Below, one piece after another: positions 26,342-37,270 of a DNA stretch of 64,000 bases (within the stretch, counting starts at the first letter, position 1; the number at the start of each line of letters is the position of its first letter). The notes below the pieces were generated by a model. That model made no database searches. It was not told the DNA's origin and worked only from the letters and a program-made list of their open reading frames with translations. A program made the position numbers and the translations under genes. The stretch is from a virus. The stretch is taken from positions 25,836 through 89,835 of IMG/VR virus record IMGVR_UViG_3300031957_002677. One strand, written 5' to 3'.

Positions 26342-29300
26342 GTATATCTTGGATACGCATTTCCACAGTTGTCTCTTGGATTTCCACCACTTCTTGATCC
26401 ACCAAGATTACTTTTGATAGTATTGTACATACTGTCTAGAGTGGGATATCCTGCAGGATTATCTTTAAATCGATTATACCAAACTTTGACTTCATCACCA
26501 GTTGCTGGCCTCGCTTGATCATCCCAATATGCTCTATTAATTCTTCTCATAACATCAACTTTATTTGCTCTTGCAAATTCAATATAATATTTAATAACTA
26601 CAAGTCCATCTGCACCTCTGCCACCACCATTACCACATCCACCACCAGATCCACCTCCACCATAGGTGTTTCCAGACGCACCTTCTTCTGTTCCTTTTTC
26701 TTGTCTATTACTTCCTCCACATCCACCACCAGCATCAGTGCCTTGTCCTGGTCCACCTTGATCGCATGGTTTTGAACCAGGATCTGCCTGTCCAGAAGAA
26801 CATTGCCCACCATTCATCCTAGCGGCACCACCACCATGCCCACCTTCATCACCTCTTCTACCACCACCAGAACGTCCAGATGAACCACTACCTTGGCCAC
26901 CTCCACCACCTCCTCCATTATTTTCACCACCACCACCACCACCACCACAACTTGCTCTGCTGCGTTGTCGAGCTCCTCTAATTTCGATGAAAGAAGATTC
27001 TCCAGGATCTCCAGAACCAGCATTACCACCCTTACCATTACCACCTCTACCGGCCCAGAATGTAACTACATCTCCACCCTCTGCTTGATTCCATTCGACA
27101 TTAAAGGATCCAGCTCCTCCTCCTCCACCACCACCTTCATTTTGATCTTTTCCACCACCACCTCCACCAGCAACTCCTTTTGCTTCTATTCTTGCAGTTC
27201 CTTGAGGTAGAGTAAATGTTGAATTCTTTTGATTTGAAAATCTATCTACAGTTCCTGAAGTACTCTGTTCTCTAGCTCCTCCAGTTGTTCCACTACAATT
27301 ACTAAGACCCATGAAACCCATGATATTAACACCATAATTGTTGAGGAATCTCCTAGTTTTTAATGTACATCCAGCAAGACCATATGTACCATTTTCTACT
27401 GTACAACTTTTTGTTCTTACTGAGAAGGTTTTACTAACTCCACCAATGTTCATTGTGGCAGTTTTTGTAGAGCTGAAAGAACTAGATGCATTCATCTTAA
27501 TTCTTAGATCGTTACAAGAAGTTCCATTCGATACAATTTTTGTGGTTCTTCCATTAAGGAATGTAGCACCACCACCACTAACTTTAGCAGTTACACTTAC
27601 ACCAGGAGATAGACCATGAACAAAGTTTACGGGAGAAGAAGTAAATCTTGGTTGAGATTCTCTTCTTTCACCAAGATTTCGGTTAGTTTCACTTGATGGA
27701 TTCATATTATAATTATCAACAGTTGTATCATCAATTACTGTTACTGTGTCACTTGCGGTATCACTCTCACCACTTCCATTATCCTTAACCGTAATAGACC
27801 AAGTATAATTTCCATCTTGACTCATAGTTGTGGTTTTTGAACCACTTAGAGCACTAATATTATTAAAATCTTGACCACTACTAGAAGTTACTAAATCAGC
27901 ATCAGTAGCAGACCATGTGATGGTTACAGGATTGCCAGTAATTACATTTGCAGGTGTTACATTTAAAGTAACTGTTGGTTTAAATCTAAAAATAATAGTT
28001 TTGGTAACTGTTTGAGGACTTACTCCAGCACCAGTTGCTTTTGCAGTATAAACTTCACCATCAGACGCAGGAGTTACTGAGTCACTACCACTTTGTTTAT
28101 TGGAAGTATTAAATCCACTTCCACTAGTAGCTTCTACTTTAATTGCATTAGTTGATGACCAATATAAAGTTGCATTACCACCTCTCTGAATATTAAATGA
28201 TGTGGGACAACCACTTGTGGGAGGATTTCTATTAACACAGAAGAATAATGTCGGTGCTGGTGGAGTTCCAGTAATAACATTAATTTGATCTGTTGCGCTT
28301 CCAGTACAATTAGAAACAGTTAATTTAAATGTACTTTGCCCACTTGCTAGATCTGATACTGCCCTACTTCCACTCTTTGTTTGATCACCAAGAGTCGTAA
28401 CTGGAATACTACTCAAATTACTAAATCCACCAGGACCAGTGGCAGTTACTGAACTGTTAGTAACATGTGTATATGAATATCTAATTGTAGTGCTTCCTCC
28501 ATCTGGGAAGACAAACGGTGGATTAAGATTATCTGCAGTTAGATTTAATGTTGGTAGTGGAGGTGCTTTTGGTGATATTGTCCAATTAGCACTTTTAACA
28601 GAACCAGGTGTTGTGAATGCTGCAGATAAACTTACTGTTGTAGTTCTAGTGCTACAATAGTATGGAGTTGTCATGTAGACTTGAACGACATCTCCAGCAA
28701 CAAGATTACTTAATGTTGTGCCTTGCTGAGTAGTTCCTTTCTTCTTAAGGAATGAGTTGGCATTAGATGTAGTTGCAGAAATATTACAATCAAATTCAAA
28801 ACTTCCATTAACTGTAAATTCTGTACTTGCCTGTTGACCAGGATTTAGTGTAGATGATGCTTCTGGTATATTTGGGAGACTAAAACTTGTGACTCCACAA
28901 TCTCTTGCTTTTGATGTTACATTCCAAGTGTCTGATGTGGATCCATTAACTCCAGTAATAACATTAAATGTATTTGTTCCAGCAATAGTAAATGTAGCAC
29001 TTCTCGTTCCTTGAGATGCTGTTGCTGACAATAGTCTTAATTGAATTTGATCACCAAGTTGAACTCCAAATGAATTCTTAGTCCAACTTCTTACTACTGA
29101 TCCATTTCTAGTAACTTGATATTGTGAAGACTCATTTCCACCAATACTAGCAGTGCCTTCATCACCAAACGCAGTCATACCTGCTAAGGTAATTGTATTA
29201 CTATAAATTAATTCATTTCTGAGTACGTTATTTTGATCAGTAAAAGTAAATTGATTTGGGATTGTATCAATCGGTCTTGGTCGAGTTGTTACAGAATAAG

Positions 29301-30342
29301 TGTCTGACCGATTTGCAACGGTTAGTGTTGCATCAGTTTTTGCAAGATAATTGCCAGATGCTGTTTGCTTTAAGGTAATTACATCACCATTATTGCAACT
29401 GGATGGTGATGTATCTGTATAGTCTTGTACTGTAGAACCACCTCTGGTGATTTTATACTGACCATTACCACTAAAAGTGAGAGGTAGTGGGTTATTCCCA
29501 TTTAAGTTCTCATCAGCACCACTGATAGTGATTGAATTGCTTTCATGAATTGTATTAATATCTACATCAACAATGTCATTAAACGTAAAATCGTTGATTG
29601 TAGTATCTGCTGCCCTACTTTGGATTATCCAATTAGCCTGGAAAATGCCAATTTGAACAACTGTTTCTACTTGGGTGGAATAAAAATTTGATGTAGTATT
29701 TCTTAACTGTAGTGTCTGTCCATCAAAAATCTTTGCCGTTTGAGTCCAGACTCCATTTCCATTTACTTGGAGTTGTCCTGTACCAACGATAAAAATATCT
29801 ACACCAATCGTATTGTCGATGTCATCAACTGTTACGACATCACTATTGGTAAGAGTGTTAATCTCAAGATTATTAAGATCGACGAAATCGAATGGGATGG
29901 GATCGTCATCTAACAGTCTTGTTTTAGCAAACCAACCTTCTGGACCTCTTTTACCAATAGTAACGTTTACGGGATATGTTCTATTAAATGCATCTCTACC
30001 AAGTACAGCAGGTGCTTCAGTTACTACTTGAATTTCAATTTTATCTTTATTTCGGATGATGACGGGGTTATTATCTACATCATCACCAGGTAGGAATGGT
30101 CCTACTGGTCCATAAGAATCAGTTTCTTCAATATATGGAGTAACTCTAACTGAAGCTCCAGCACCAGTTGCTGTTACTAGTGCCTTATAGTTGATACCCG
30201 TAATAGTTTCTGGAGAACACGTTGCCGCTGTTCCAGGAAATACCTCAGTAACTTCTACAAAACTAAAGGAATCTGGATATTCATCAAGATTACCTCTCCA
30301 TGATATATTAGATCCAGGACCCTGAGCACCAATTAAAGGCAT
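26338..30342 (-). CDS. large adhesin / fibre protein with Ig-like beta repeats and Gly-rich C-terminal domain
   Basis: Repeated D..P..F.F.D ~100-aa modules, T/S-rich W.. beta modules, C-terminal GGGGGG-rich domain ending GADGLVVIKY. Confidence 0.75.
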   Translation of the reverse strand: MPLIGAQGPGSNISWRGNLDEYPDSFSFVEVTEVFPGTAATCSPETITGINYKALVTATGAGASVRVTPYIEETDSYGPVGPFLPGDDVDNNPVIIRNKDKIEIQVVTEAPAVLGRDAFNRTYPVNVTIGKRGPEGWFAKTRLLDDDPIPFDFVDLNNLEINTLTNSDVVTVDDIDNTIGVDIFIVGTGQLQVNGNGVWTQTAKIFDGQTLQLRNTTSNFYSTQVETVVQIGIFQANWIIQSRAADTTINDFTFNDIVDVDINTIHESNSITISGADENLNGNNPLPLTFSGNGQYKITRGGSTVQDYTDTSPSSCNNGDVITLKQTASGNYLAKTDATLTVANRSDTYSVTTRPRPIDTIPNQFTFTDQNNVLRNELIYSNTITLAGMTAFGDEGTASIGGNESSQYQVTRNGSVVRSWTKNSFGVQLGDQIQLRLLSATASQGTRSATFTIAGTNTFNVITGVNGSTSDTWNVTSKARDCGVTSFSLPNIPEASSTLNPGQQASTEFTVNGSFEFDCNISATTSNANSFLKKKGTTQQGTTLSNLVAGDVVQVYMTTPYYCSTRTTTVSLSAAFTTPGSVKSANWTISPKAPPLPTLNLTADNLNPPFVFPDGGSTTIRYSYTHVTNSSVTATGPGGFSNLSSIPVTTLGDQTKSGSRAVSDLASGQSTFKLTVSNCTGSATDQINVITGTPPAPTLFFCVNRNPPTSGCPTSFNIQRGGNATLYWSSTNAIKVEATSGSGFNTSNKQSGSDSVTPASDGEVYTAKATGAGVSPQTVTKTIIFRFKPTVTLNVTPANVITGNPVTITWSATDADLVTSSSGQDFNNISALSGSKTTTMSQDGNYTWSITVKDNGSGESDTASDTVTVIDDTTVDNYNMNPSSETNRNLGERRESQPRFTSSPVNFVHGLSPGVSVTAKVSGGGATFLNGRTTKIVSNGTSCNDLRIKMNASSSFSSTKTATMNIGGVSKTFSVRTKSCTVENGTYGLAGCTLKTRRFLNNYGVNIMGFMGLSNCSGTTGGAREQSTSGTVDRFSNQKNSTFTLPQGTARIEAKGVAGGGGGGKDQNEGGGGGGGAGSFNVEWNQAEGGDVVTFWAGRGGNGKGGNAGSGDPGESSFIEIRGARQRSRASCGGGGGGGENNGGGGGGGQGSGSSGRSGGGRRGDEGGHGGGAARMNGGQCSSGQADPGSKPCDQGGPGQGTDAGGGCGGSNRQEKGTEEGASGNTYGGGGSGGGCGNGGGRGADGLVVIKYYIEFARANKVDVMRRINRAYWDDQARPATGDEVKVWYNRFKDNPAGYPTLDSMYNTIKSNLGGSRSGGNPRDNCGNAYPRYT

Positions 30343-30362
30343 TTACCAAAACCTCCGAAATA

Positions 30363-33300
30363 TTACTGATATTGAGATTGTGAGTACAGAACATCAAAGT
30401 CAGTTACTGGATCACCAGTATTTGATTTCCTGACCAACACATAAGTATATAGATCTATACTGTTCGCATTTCCAGTATTTATAGCTAATGAACCATAGTA
30501 TCTTGGAGACATTCTAATGTCATCAATATAAACTTCATCATTATAATATGGTGTCGGACCCTGTTTTGTAGTGATCGCAACTGTGATAGACTCACTAACT
30601 TCTAAGAATTCAGTCAGTGCAAGTCCCGCACGTGCTCTCATATTCACTGCCCAGTTATCACCAGCATCTTGTGTGAAGTAGTAGATAGAAGATTTATCTA
30701 GATCAGCATGAACAATTGTAGTGCCGATACCAATGACTGTAGAGTTGTCTAGAGTAGTGTTTTCAATGATTTCAAACACCTTCATGGTGCCTCTAATCTC
30801 TGCGTTTCCTTCAACATACATGGAAACGTCTGCTTTGGAACTATTTGTAGAACCAAAACCTACATTACGAGTAGTGTGAATACCTGTTGCATCGATTGCC
30901 CAGATATCAGACACGTCATAGAGACCAGATCCATCACCAGTAAATGTACCAATGAAGTATCCACCAATCTCAAACACATCTGTTTTATTGGAAATAGCAC
31001 CCCAAGGATACCAATCATTATCAGTAGTATAAACCCAACCAGCATTTTGACCTTTGAATGGGTTGCCGTTAAAGATAATATCACCTGGGTTTCCTGCACC
31101 CTCTCCGACAAGTTCAACAGAAGATGCTGGTTGAGTAACACCTACAGTATACTTCCTAGAAACCGTCTCTTCACCTTGTAGGAATAGACTTGGAGATTCT
31201 AATCCTTTATTTGATGTAACAGTAAGTTTATTATTAACAAGAAGTGGACCATCAAACTGTGAAATAGTAGTTTTACTATCACCACCATCAACTCTTACAG
31301 CATCAGAGACATTAACTTCGGATGCTTTGATGACATTGAATCCAAGTTTAGTATCTGGAATCTGCTTAGATTCACCTCTAAATCTAGGACGTGGTGTGGA
31401 GAATACTTCTTCATCACCTGCAGTAGTAATGACTCTCTTATTGGAGATATAGAAGTCACCATCACTATTCATACCAGTGTAAACAACAAATCCACCTTCT
31501 TCTTGGAATGATTGGGAAAGAACTTCTTCCGAAGCACTCAGTTGACGATCATGACGATCTGGGAACGCAGTAGAATAGTTACCAGGACCATAACCAAGAT
31601 ATTCAAATGTATGACCAGAAGCACGAATAATAGAATGCCTTCTTAGTTCTACTGGTTTTGCATCAATCCTTCTGAATGCGGATCCACTGATATGTGATTC
31701 TGCTTGTGTTCCTAAGAGACCTCTGTAAACCTGAACTGGATTTCCAGTCACAGTTTGCTTGACTCTCATGATTTCACTATCAATAAGAATAAAGTCACCA
31801 ATTTTCAAATCAAGATCATCAAGATCGGTAATATTCATCGTACTATCAAGTTTTGTCATTGCTAATGCAAGACTTCCATAAAGATTACCATATGGAATTG
31901 AAAGTCTGCTGCTGAAACTTTCATCACCTATAGTAATTTCTCCACCTTTAGCACCCAACGTAGTGGGATATACTGCTGGTGATCCACCAAGAGTAACAGT
32001 TGCTAATGTTGAAATTCCGACATTGACAACAAGTTCAGTTAGTGAATCAACTCTCTGAATTAAGAATTCTCCATTGAATGCTTCACTATCTCCAGTTGCA
32101 CCACCAATCAAAACACGATCATTAACTTGCAATCCGTGTGGATTAATTCCTGTTGTAAATGTAGCAATACCAGTTGCTGGTGTGAAATCAGAATTGGTGA
32201 TATTAAATGCTGGTCCGTTTAGATATGCAAATGCGTCTGATGCATTTAATTCACCAATTCCACTGATTGTAGAACCAATACCAACTGAAGTAGCAGATAT
32301 TACGTCAAAACTATTAGTTTCTCCAACACTAAGATCATTGATTTGGTATGTGGTATTATAATCCTGATAAAGGTCACTAACTCTTTCAATACTAATAGAG
32401 TCACCAATGTTATTGTAGACTTTAGTTACTCTTACAGAACCTGCAGTATGACCTGTTGTTGTCGCAATACCAACAACAGACATAGTGTTTCCTACACCAT
32501 ATGCAGAACCACCATCAATAATTTGAATACTGGCAAGTGTACCAGCAGATGATACCTGAACTCTTGCAGTTGCTTTATCACCAGTAACTGATCCACCATA
32601 TCCAATCAATTCTGCATTATAAAGGTTTTCAGTTACACCAATACCAGATCCATAATTGGATCCTGGATCAACAATCTCAACCTCTATAATTCTATTAAGT
32701 CCGTGATCAGATTTTGTAAAGATCGTATGTCTATAACCATTAACCTCATCTTGAGATAAGATATCAGTAATTCCAATACCAATACCATTATTTTCTAATT
32801 TGGAAATTACTGTTTCTTTAGTAATACTCTTTTCTGGATCATTGATAACAACCTTACCAATCGGATCCGCAACAGCAAAACATCTTGCAGGATCTGGATC
32901 AGATTTTGGATTATCTCTATCATACTCTGGATATAAGTTATCAAGAGGTTGTGATAGTTTTACACCAGTAAATGGTGAAACATTTGGTGTATTTGATGAG
33001 TTAATGATAGTTAAGTGATATACACCATCCTGCTCATTCTGTACATATCTTTGAATCTCATCTGATTTGTATACAACAAAAGTTCCATTGTGCTTTTTCT
33101 TCTTAAGTTTTGGAAGATTTTGATTACGAATAGATGTATCACTCGTAAAATCACCTGGATTTGTTAAAATATCAATTTTAAATTCTTTTCTAGATACAAT
33201 ATTATCTACAATAAATGTACCATTAAATCCTAGATTTGCTTTTCCTGTGGTGTTAAATCCACTAATTGTATTGATGATTTCTACTTGAGAACCAGCAGTC

Positions 33301-35924
33301 AAATTATGCGGTATTTCTGTTCTAATTGTTGCTTTACTATCAACAGAACTCCATTCAGCATCTGCAATAAACTTAAAGTTTCTGAACTCAGTTGAATTTG
33401 ACAGTGTTTCACTATCAAAACTTAGGTATTTTGCGACTTCAGTATCGGAAGCACCATCAATATTATTTGATTCTTGGATAATAAATCCATCAACAGGAGG
33501 TCTACCTAGTGTTGGAGAATCCTTTGGTAGAACATAACGCATTTTATAAATGCTTGCTTCAATATTCCTATCAGATGGTTTTCTGAGTACAAATGTTCTT
33601 GGAGTCGTTTCACCTAGTTGTGCAACACCTCTATCATAAAGTTGCTTATAAATGCTTGCATCAGTGCTACCAGTAGATACATTAATATACCATTGACTTT
33701 GTGTTCCATCCCATTGAACTGGATGTCCAAGATCTCCAGCAGATTTATCAGATACTCTACTTACAATATTAAGAATACCACCAGTATTGTTGAGAGTGAT
33801 TGGGATATCATTGTTTGCGTCGTTTAGAGTTGCGGCAAGTTTTAATTGATTTGCTCCAAGTGCTGGATTGGGAGCAATTGCCGTAGTAATTGCATAATAT
33901 ACTCTTTCTTCCTCAACACCATCAGGTAGTCCACCATTTTCACTAATAACTCTAACAGTTTCACCATTTAGGAAAGTGTGATTTCCTTGTAGAGTGAGTG
34001 TATTAGATAGAATGACGTTTACACCAGCAGTTTGTTTTACTTTGTGAATTTTTTCAGATATCTTTTCATTTACAGTGCCTTCAGTGTTAGGCATTACAAC
34101 TTTAGAATGGTAGGTTGTAATTTCATTGCCTTCAGCAAGAAGAACCTTCAATGCTTCATCTTTATTTGAACCAACACGATATCCATCAATGACTGTTGCT
34201 GGTGGAATATCGAAGTTATTCTCTTCATATAGGAATAGTTTGCTGGTTGTTGCAATACCTACAGCAGTAGTAACACCAACATCAATACCTAAGAATTCAA
34301 TACCTGCCTCAACAGACTCAATTTCTTTTGGTGAAACTACGTGTGAAATATAACCAATATCGTCTCTTGCGAATGCATCTGGACGGAATCCTCTAGAAAC
34401 AAGAGCTTTAGCACCAAAGTTAGAGTTGGAGTTAGTGATAGACGCATCACCACCAGACTCTAATAAGAAGTGGTTATTGAAACCAATTGCGAAGACCGAA
34501 ACGATCTGTAGTAGTGAATTGTTACTACACTTAATATGGAAGTTTTCGTATGATGGTTTAAATCTTGCTTCGGAGTCTGTATGAATATTTTCATTACCTG
34601 CAGCAAGAGTTCCTTCATATAATCCAGTAGTTGAATTATACTTAACAAACGCATTATCATCCTTCTGAAGTCCAATTCCCGTGAATTGAGCTAGAACCAT
34701 AGACTTAAATCCAGTTGCCTTTGATCCATCTGCATGGAGACCACACATACCAAAAACAGATCTCAATGATATGTTAAAGATATATGGTGATGCGGATGTG
34801 ACAGTATCAACAGAAATATTCAGTGTTGAACCAGAAGTTGATGCTGGTAGAGGATTATTTGGTGGAACAGATACTTGATATTTAATCTCTGTTGGTGATA
34901 GAACTTCAAATACGGCAAATTGTCCATCATAACCCTCATCAGCAATACCTTCAATACGAATTGGAGTATTTACATCTAGTCCAGGAACTTCAGTCTCTAA
35001 GGTGACTGTAATTTCTGTTGTAGCAATAGTACCATCACCAGACTTGATACTAGTAATACCTACTTCAGCACCAGTAGAACCAACAATACGGTATTCGTCA
35101 ACCTTTGGTTCAATATCTAGAGTATCGGAAGGATAGTCTGGTGAAACTTCTCTTCCAGATGGTTTACCATATGCAAAACCAACCTTTTGATAATACATCT
35201 CAAGGTCAGTATTTGTATCATTATAGACTAAGAAGTCATCATTAATAGATACTGGATTTACACCATCAGCATATTCAAATACTGTGAGTTTATGGTGTGA
35301 GAAGTTGGGAACGAATGCGTTAGTTGTATAGTCTTTATATACAGTACCAGTCTGATCACCATCAAAGACGGAGAACTGCCACATGTAACATGCTCCCGTT
35401 ACACGAAAAATTGCAGATCTTTCGATTTGGTCGTTTTCTGGGTTGGGAATGTACTTGGGAATAATTTTGGTCTTTCTAAGATCAAGACCTACGAGTGATG
35501 TACCTCTAGGAATGATAACACCACCATTAATACTATTAATTTTATATAGTGCGTTATTGGGACTATCTAGATCGAAGTTACTGTTGACATCTAGTGGTGG
35601 GAAGTCATCAGAAGTTGTACCAGATCTAAGTCTGTACGTGTTTGGTACTTGATCATGAATTGGTATCCATCCTGGTCTATTATCTACGACGTGCTCACCA
35701 GGATAGAGTAAAATAGTTGTTTTACCAAACCTATCATTATTTTCTCCTGCTTGGTAGGAGAAACGAGCTGCCTCTAGCAGTGCTCTTTGAATTGTTTTAA
35801 ATGGTCTTGCTAAAGAGTTACCCTTATTCTCAATGCTATCTGTAGAATCAAGACTTGAGGGATCTACATAAAGAATCTCACCTTTGGTACTCTTTAGAAA
35901 ATTATCCAGACGACTAAGACCCAT
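30363..35924 (-). CDS. very large conserved cyanomyovirus virion / tail-spike-like protein
   Basis: MGLSRLDNFLK, ILYVDP, G.SLARPFKTIQRAL (beta-helix cap-like), IIPRGTSLVG, SIIRASGHTFEYLGYGPGNYSTA; late promoter upstream. Confidence 0.8.
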   Translation of the reverse strand: MGLSRLDNFLKSTKGEILYVDPSSLDSTDSIENKGNSLARPFKTIQRALLEAARFSYQAGENNDRFGKTTILLYPGEHVVDNRPGWIPIHDQVPNTYRLRSGTTSDDFPPLDVNSNFDLDSPNNALYKINSINGGVIIPRGTSLVGLDLRKTKIIPKYIPNPENDQIERSAIFRVTGACYMWQFSVFDGDQTGTVYKDYTTNAFVPNFSHHKLTVFEYADGVNPVSINDDFLVYNDTNTDLEMYYQKVGFAYGKPSGREVSPDYPSDTLDIEPKVDEYRIVGSTGAEVGITSIKSGDGTIATTEITVTLETEVPGLDVNTPIRIEGIADEGYDGQFAVFEVLSPTEIKYQVSVPPNNPLPASTSGSTLNISVDTVTSASPYIFNISLRSVFGMCGLHADGSKATGFKSMVLAQFTGIGLQKDDNAFVKYNSTTGLYEGTLAAGNENIHTDSEARFKPSYENFHIKCSNNSLLQIVSVFAIGFNNHFLLESGGDASITNSNSNFGAKALVSRGFRPDAFARDDIGYISHVVSPKEIESVEAGIEFLGIDVGVTTAVGIATTSKLFLYEENNFDIPPATVIDGYRVGSNKDEALKVLLAEGNEITTYHSKVVMPNTEGTVNEKISEKIHKVKQTAGVNVILSNTLTLQGNHTFLNGETVRVISENGGLPDGVEEERVYYAITTAIAPNPALGANQLKLAATLNDANNDIPITLNNTGGILNIVSRVSDKSAGDLGHPVQWDGTQSQWYINVSTGSTDASIYKQLYDRGVAQLGETTPRTFVLRKPSDRNIEASIYKMRYVLPKDSPTLGRPPVDGFIIQESNNIDGASDTEVAKYLSFDSETLSNSTEFRNFKFIADAEWSSVDSKATIRTEIPHNLTAGSQVEIINTISGFNTTGKANLGFNGTFIVDNIVSRKEFKIDILTNPGDFTSDTSIRNQNLPKLKKKKHNGTFVVYKSDEIQRYVQNEQDGVYHLTIINSSNTPNVSPFTGVKLSQPLDNLYPEYDRDNPKSDPDPARCFAVADPIGKVVINDPEKSITKETVISKLENNGIGIGITDILSQDEVNGYRHTIFTKSDHGLNRIIEVEIVDPGSNYGSGIGVTENLYNAELIGYGGSVTGDKATARVQVSSAGTLASIQIIDGGSAYGVGNTMSVVGIATTTGHTAGSVRVTKVYNNIGDSISIERVSDLYQDYNTTYQINDLSVGETNSFDVISATSVGIGSTISGIGELNASDAFAYLNGPAFNITNSDFTPATGIATFTTGINPHGLQVNDRVLIGGATGDSEAFNGEFLIQRVDSLTELVVNVGISTLATVTLGGSPAVYPTTLGAKGGEITIGDESFSSRLSIPYGNLYGSLALAMTKLDSTMNITDLDDLDLKIGDFILIDSEIMRVKQTVTGNPVQVYRGLLGTQAESHISGSAFRRIDAKPVELRRHSIIRASGHTFEYLGYGPGNYSTAFPDRHDRQLSASEEVLSQSFQEEGGFVVYTGMNSDGDFYISNKRVITTAGDEEVFSTPRPRFRGESKQIPDTKLGFNVIKASEVNVSDAVRVDGGDSKTTISQFDGPLLVNNKLTVTSNKGLESPSLFLQGEETVSRKYTVGVTQPASSVELVGEGAGNPGDIIFNGNPFKGQNAGWVYTTDNDWYPWGAISNKTDVFEIGGYFIGTFTGDGSGLYDVSDIWAIDATGIHTTRNVGFGSTNSSKADVSMYVEGNAEIRGTMKVFEIIENTTLDNSTVIGIGTTIVHADLDKSSIYYFTQDAGDNWAVNMRARAGLALTEFLEVSESITVAITTKQGPTPYYNDEVYIDDIRMSPRYYGSLAINTGNANSIDLYTYVLVRKSNTGDPVTDFDVLYSQSQYQ

Positions 35925-35953
35925 TGTATTAACGCGTTAAATTCCTATAGGTC

Positions 35954-35960
35954 TATTTAT
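35954..35960 (-). promoter_or_regulatory. T4-type late promoter
   Basis: ATAAATA 30 nt upstream of 35924. Confidence 0.55.
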
Positions 35961-35985
35961 CAATATAATTATAGTAATAATTTGA

Positions 35986-36078
35986 TGGAAGTGGTGGGAC
36001 TCGAACCCACAACCGCGCACTAATCTGGTGCATACAGAAGGTATAAGCTTCTCGCTCTGCCAATTGAGCTACACTTCC
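35986..36078 (-). tRNA. tRNA with anticodon UAU (nominally Ile) and 25-nt variable arm; CCA not encoded
   Basis: Acceptor GGAAGTG/CACTTCC, D stem GCTC/GAGC, anticodon stem AGAAG/CTTCT with loop CT-TAT-AC, T arm GTGGG-TTCGAGT-CCCAC, discriminator A. Confidence 0.9.
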
Positions 36079-36083
36079 GAAAT

Positions 36084-36656
36084 TTATTTAAATGGTGGTC
36101 CTCCCATCCAACCAACTAATGAAAACCTTTTTCCCGATTTAATTGGTCTTACTCTATGTTGCAATATTGATGGAAACACTATAACTTCACCACAATCAAG
36201 TTTAATTGTTTCTTTCATTGTTGATGATGGCCAATATAGTTCAAATTCACCACCTTCATAATCATCCTTTGATGATAAGCACATAACAATACTAAGTTTT
36301 CTAGTAAGTTTTTCAGATAAAGATTCGTTATCCACATCAATATGCCATCCATAATAATCACCTTCAGAATCATATACAGTAAATTGAATATGTTTTCTAA
36401 ATCCATCTATATCAAAATTAAAATATAATGAATTTGCACTATTGGCAAAATGTGCCAACATTCCCGCAATCCAAGTATCATTATTAATCCAAAATACTTT
36501 TGATTTTCTATATTTGTAATTTACCGAATTGACTCCTCCATTTTTTCCCACTTCGGCAATATTTAATTCATCTTCATTATAATACTTCTTTATAATTTCA
36601 TCACAAATAATCTTAGGTATCTCTGAAGGAATTCTATAGTAGTTCAGTAGTGTCAT
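36084..36656 (-). CDS. 2OG-Fe(II) oxygenase (prolyl-hydroxylase-like)
   Basis: YGWHID, RKLSI, YEGGEF, FPSILQHRVRP, KRFSLVGW. Confidence 0.9.
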   Translation of the reverse strand: MTLLNYYRIPSEIPKIICDEIIKKYYNEDELNIAEVGKNGGVNSVNYKYRKSKVFWINNDTWIAGMLAHFANSANSLYFNFDIDGFRKHIQFTVYDSEGDYYGWHIDVDNESLSEKLTRKLSIVMCLSSKDDYEGGEFELYWPSSTMKETIKLDCGEVIVFPSILQHRVRPIKSGKRFSLVGWMGGPPFK

Positions 36657-36840
36657 CTAATTGCCAAGTGGGTGGATGAAAAACGCAGTATTCGTTAAAT
36701 GTTATTTTCATTTCCTTTTCTGTCAATCCACAATTCTTTGCAGCTTTTGGTAAATTCCATTTTGCGGAAAATAGCATTTCCATTGACTCTCGTGTTTTTG
36801 GTCGCATAATTTTAAAATCCGTTTTCCTTTTGGAGTTCAT
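36634..36840 (-). CDS. conserved cyanophage small hypothetical protein
   Basis: MRPKTRESMEMLFSAKWNLPKAAKNCGLT.KEMKITFNEY; start probably the internal MRPK. Confidence 0.7.
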   Translation of the reverse strand: MNSKRKTDFKIMRPKTRESMEMLFSAKWNLPKAAKNCGLTEKEMKITFNEYCVFHPPTWQLDDTTELL

Positions 36841-37270
36841 AATATGTCAATGAACCCCACTCAAGTTTGCTACCTTTCCATCCTTGATCCATACTACGAT
36901 AGGTATACCCATCAAATTCTACGAAACTTTTAAGTGATGTTTCACGAATGATTGGATCTGGATGAATTAGTTCACCTTTATAGAATGTGTCTATGAGTGT
37001 GAACCTCATATCGAATGCAGGACTATGAGTCCAATCAGTCCCCCAGTTTTCAACAACGATAGAGTTATCTTTTACTAAGACCTTATGGCATCTAGCACGA
37101 TAAGGACTTGATTCACCCTCATGATCATACCATTGCTTGATGGTCATTCTACCTTCATCACGAAGGTTTGTCCACACAATATGAACATGAGAATGATCTC
37201 GGGGACTTGATTGTGCTTGCTTTAAATTATTATACTTTCCTGCTAATTTTGATACAAACTCTTCAATCAT
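36812..37270 (-). CDS. cpeT: CpeT/CpcT-type phycobiliprotein lyase
   Basis: GKYNNLKQAQSSP..HVHIVW, QWY, PYR, SMDQG...WGS signature of T-type lyases. Confidence 0.8.
   Translation of the reverse strand: MIEEFVSKLAGKYNNLKQAQSSPRDHSHVHIVWTNLRDEGRMTIKQWYDHEGESSPYRARCHKVLVKDNSIVVENWGTDWTHSPAFDMRFTLIDTFYKGELIHPDPIIRETSLKSFVEFDGYTYRSMDQGWKGSKLEWGSLTYYELQKENGF

Noticed and set aside
36011-36035. tRNA extra sequence as an intron
   Set aside because: It lies at the variable-arm position, not in the anticodon loop, and is far too short for a self-splicing intron
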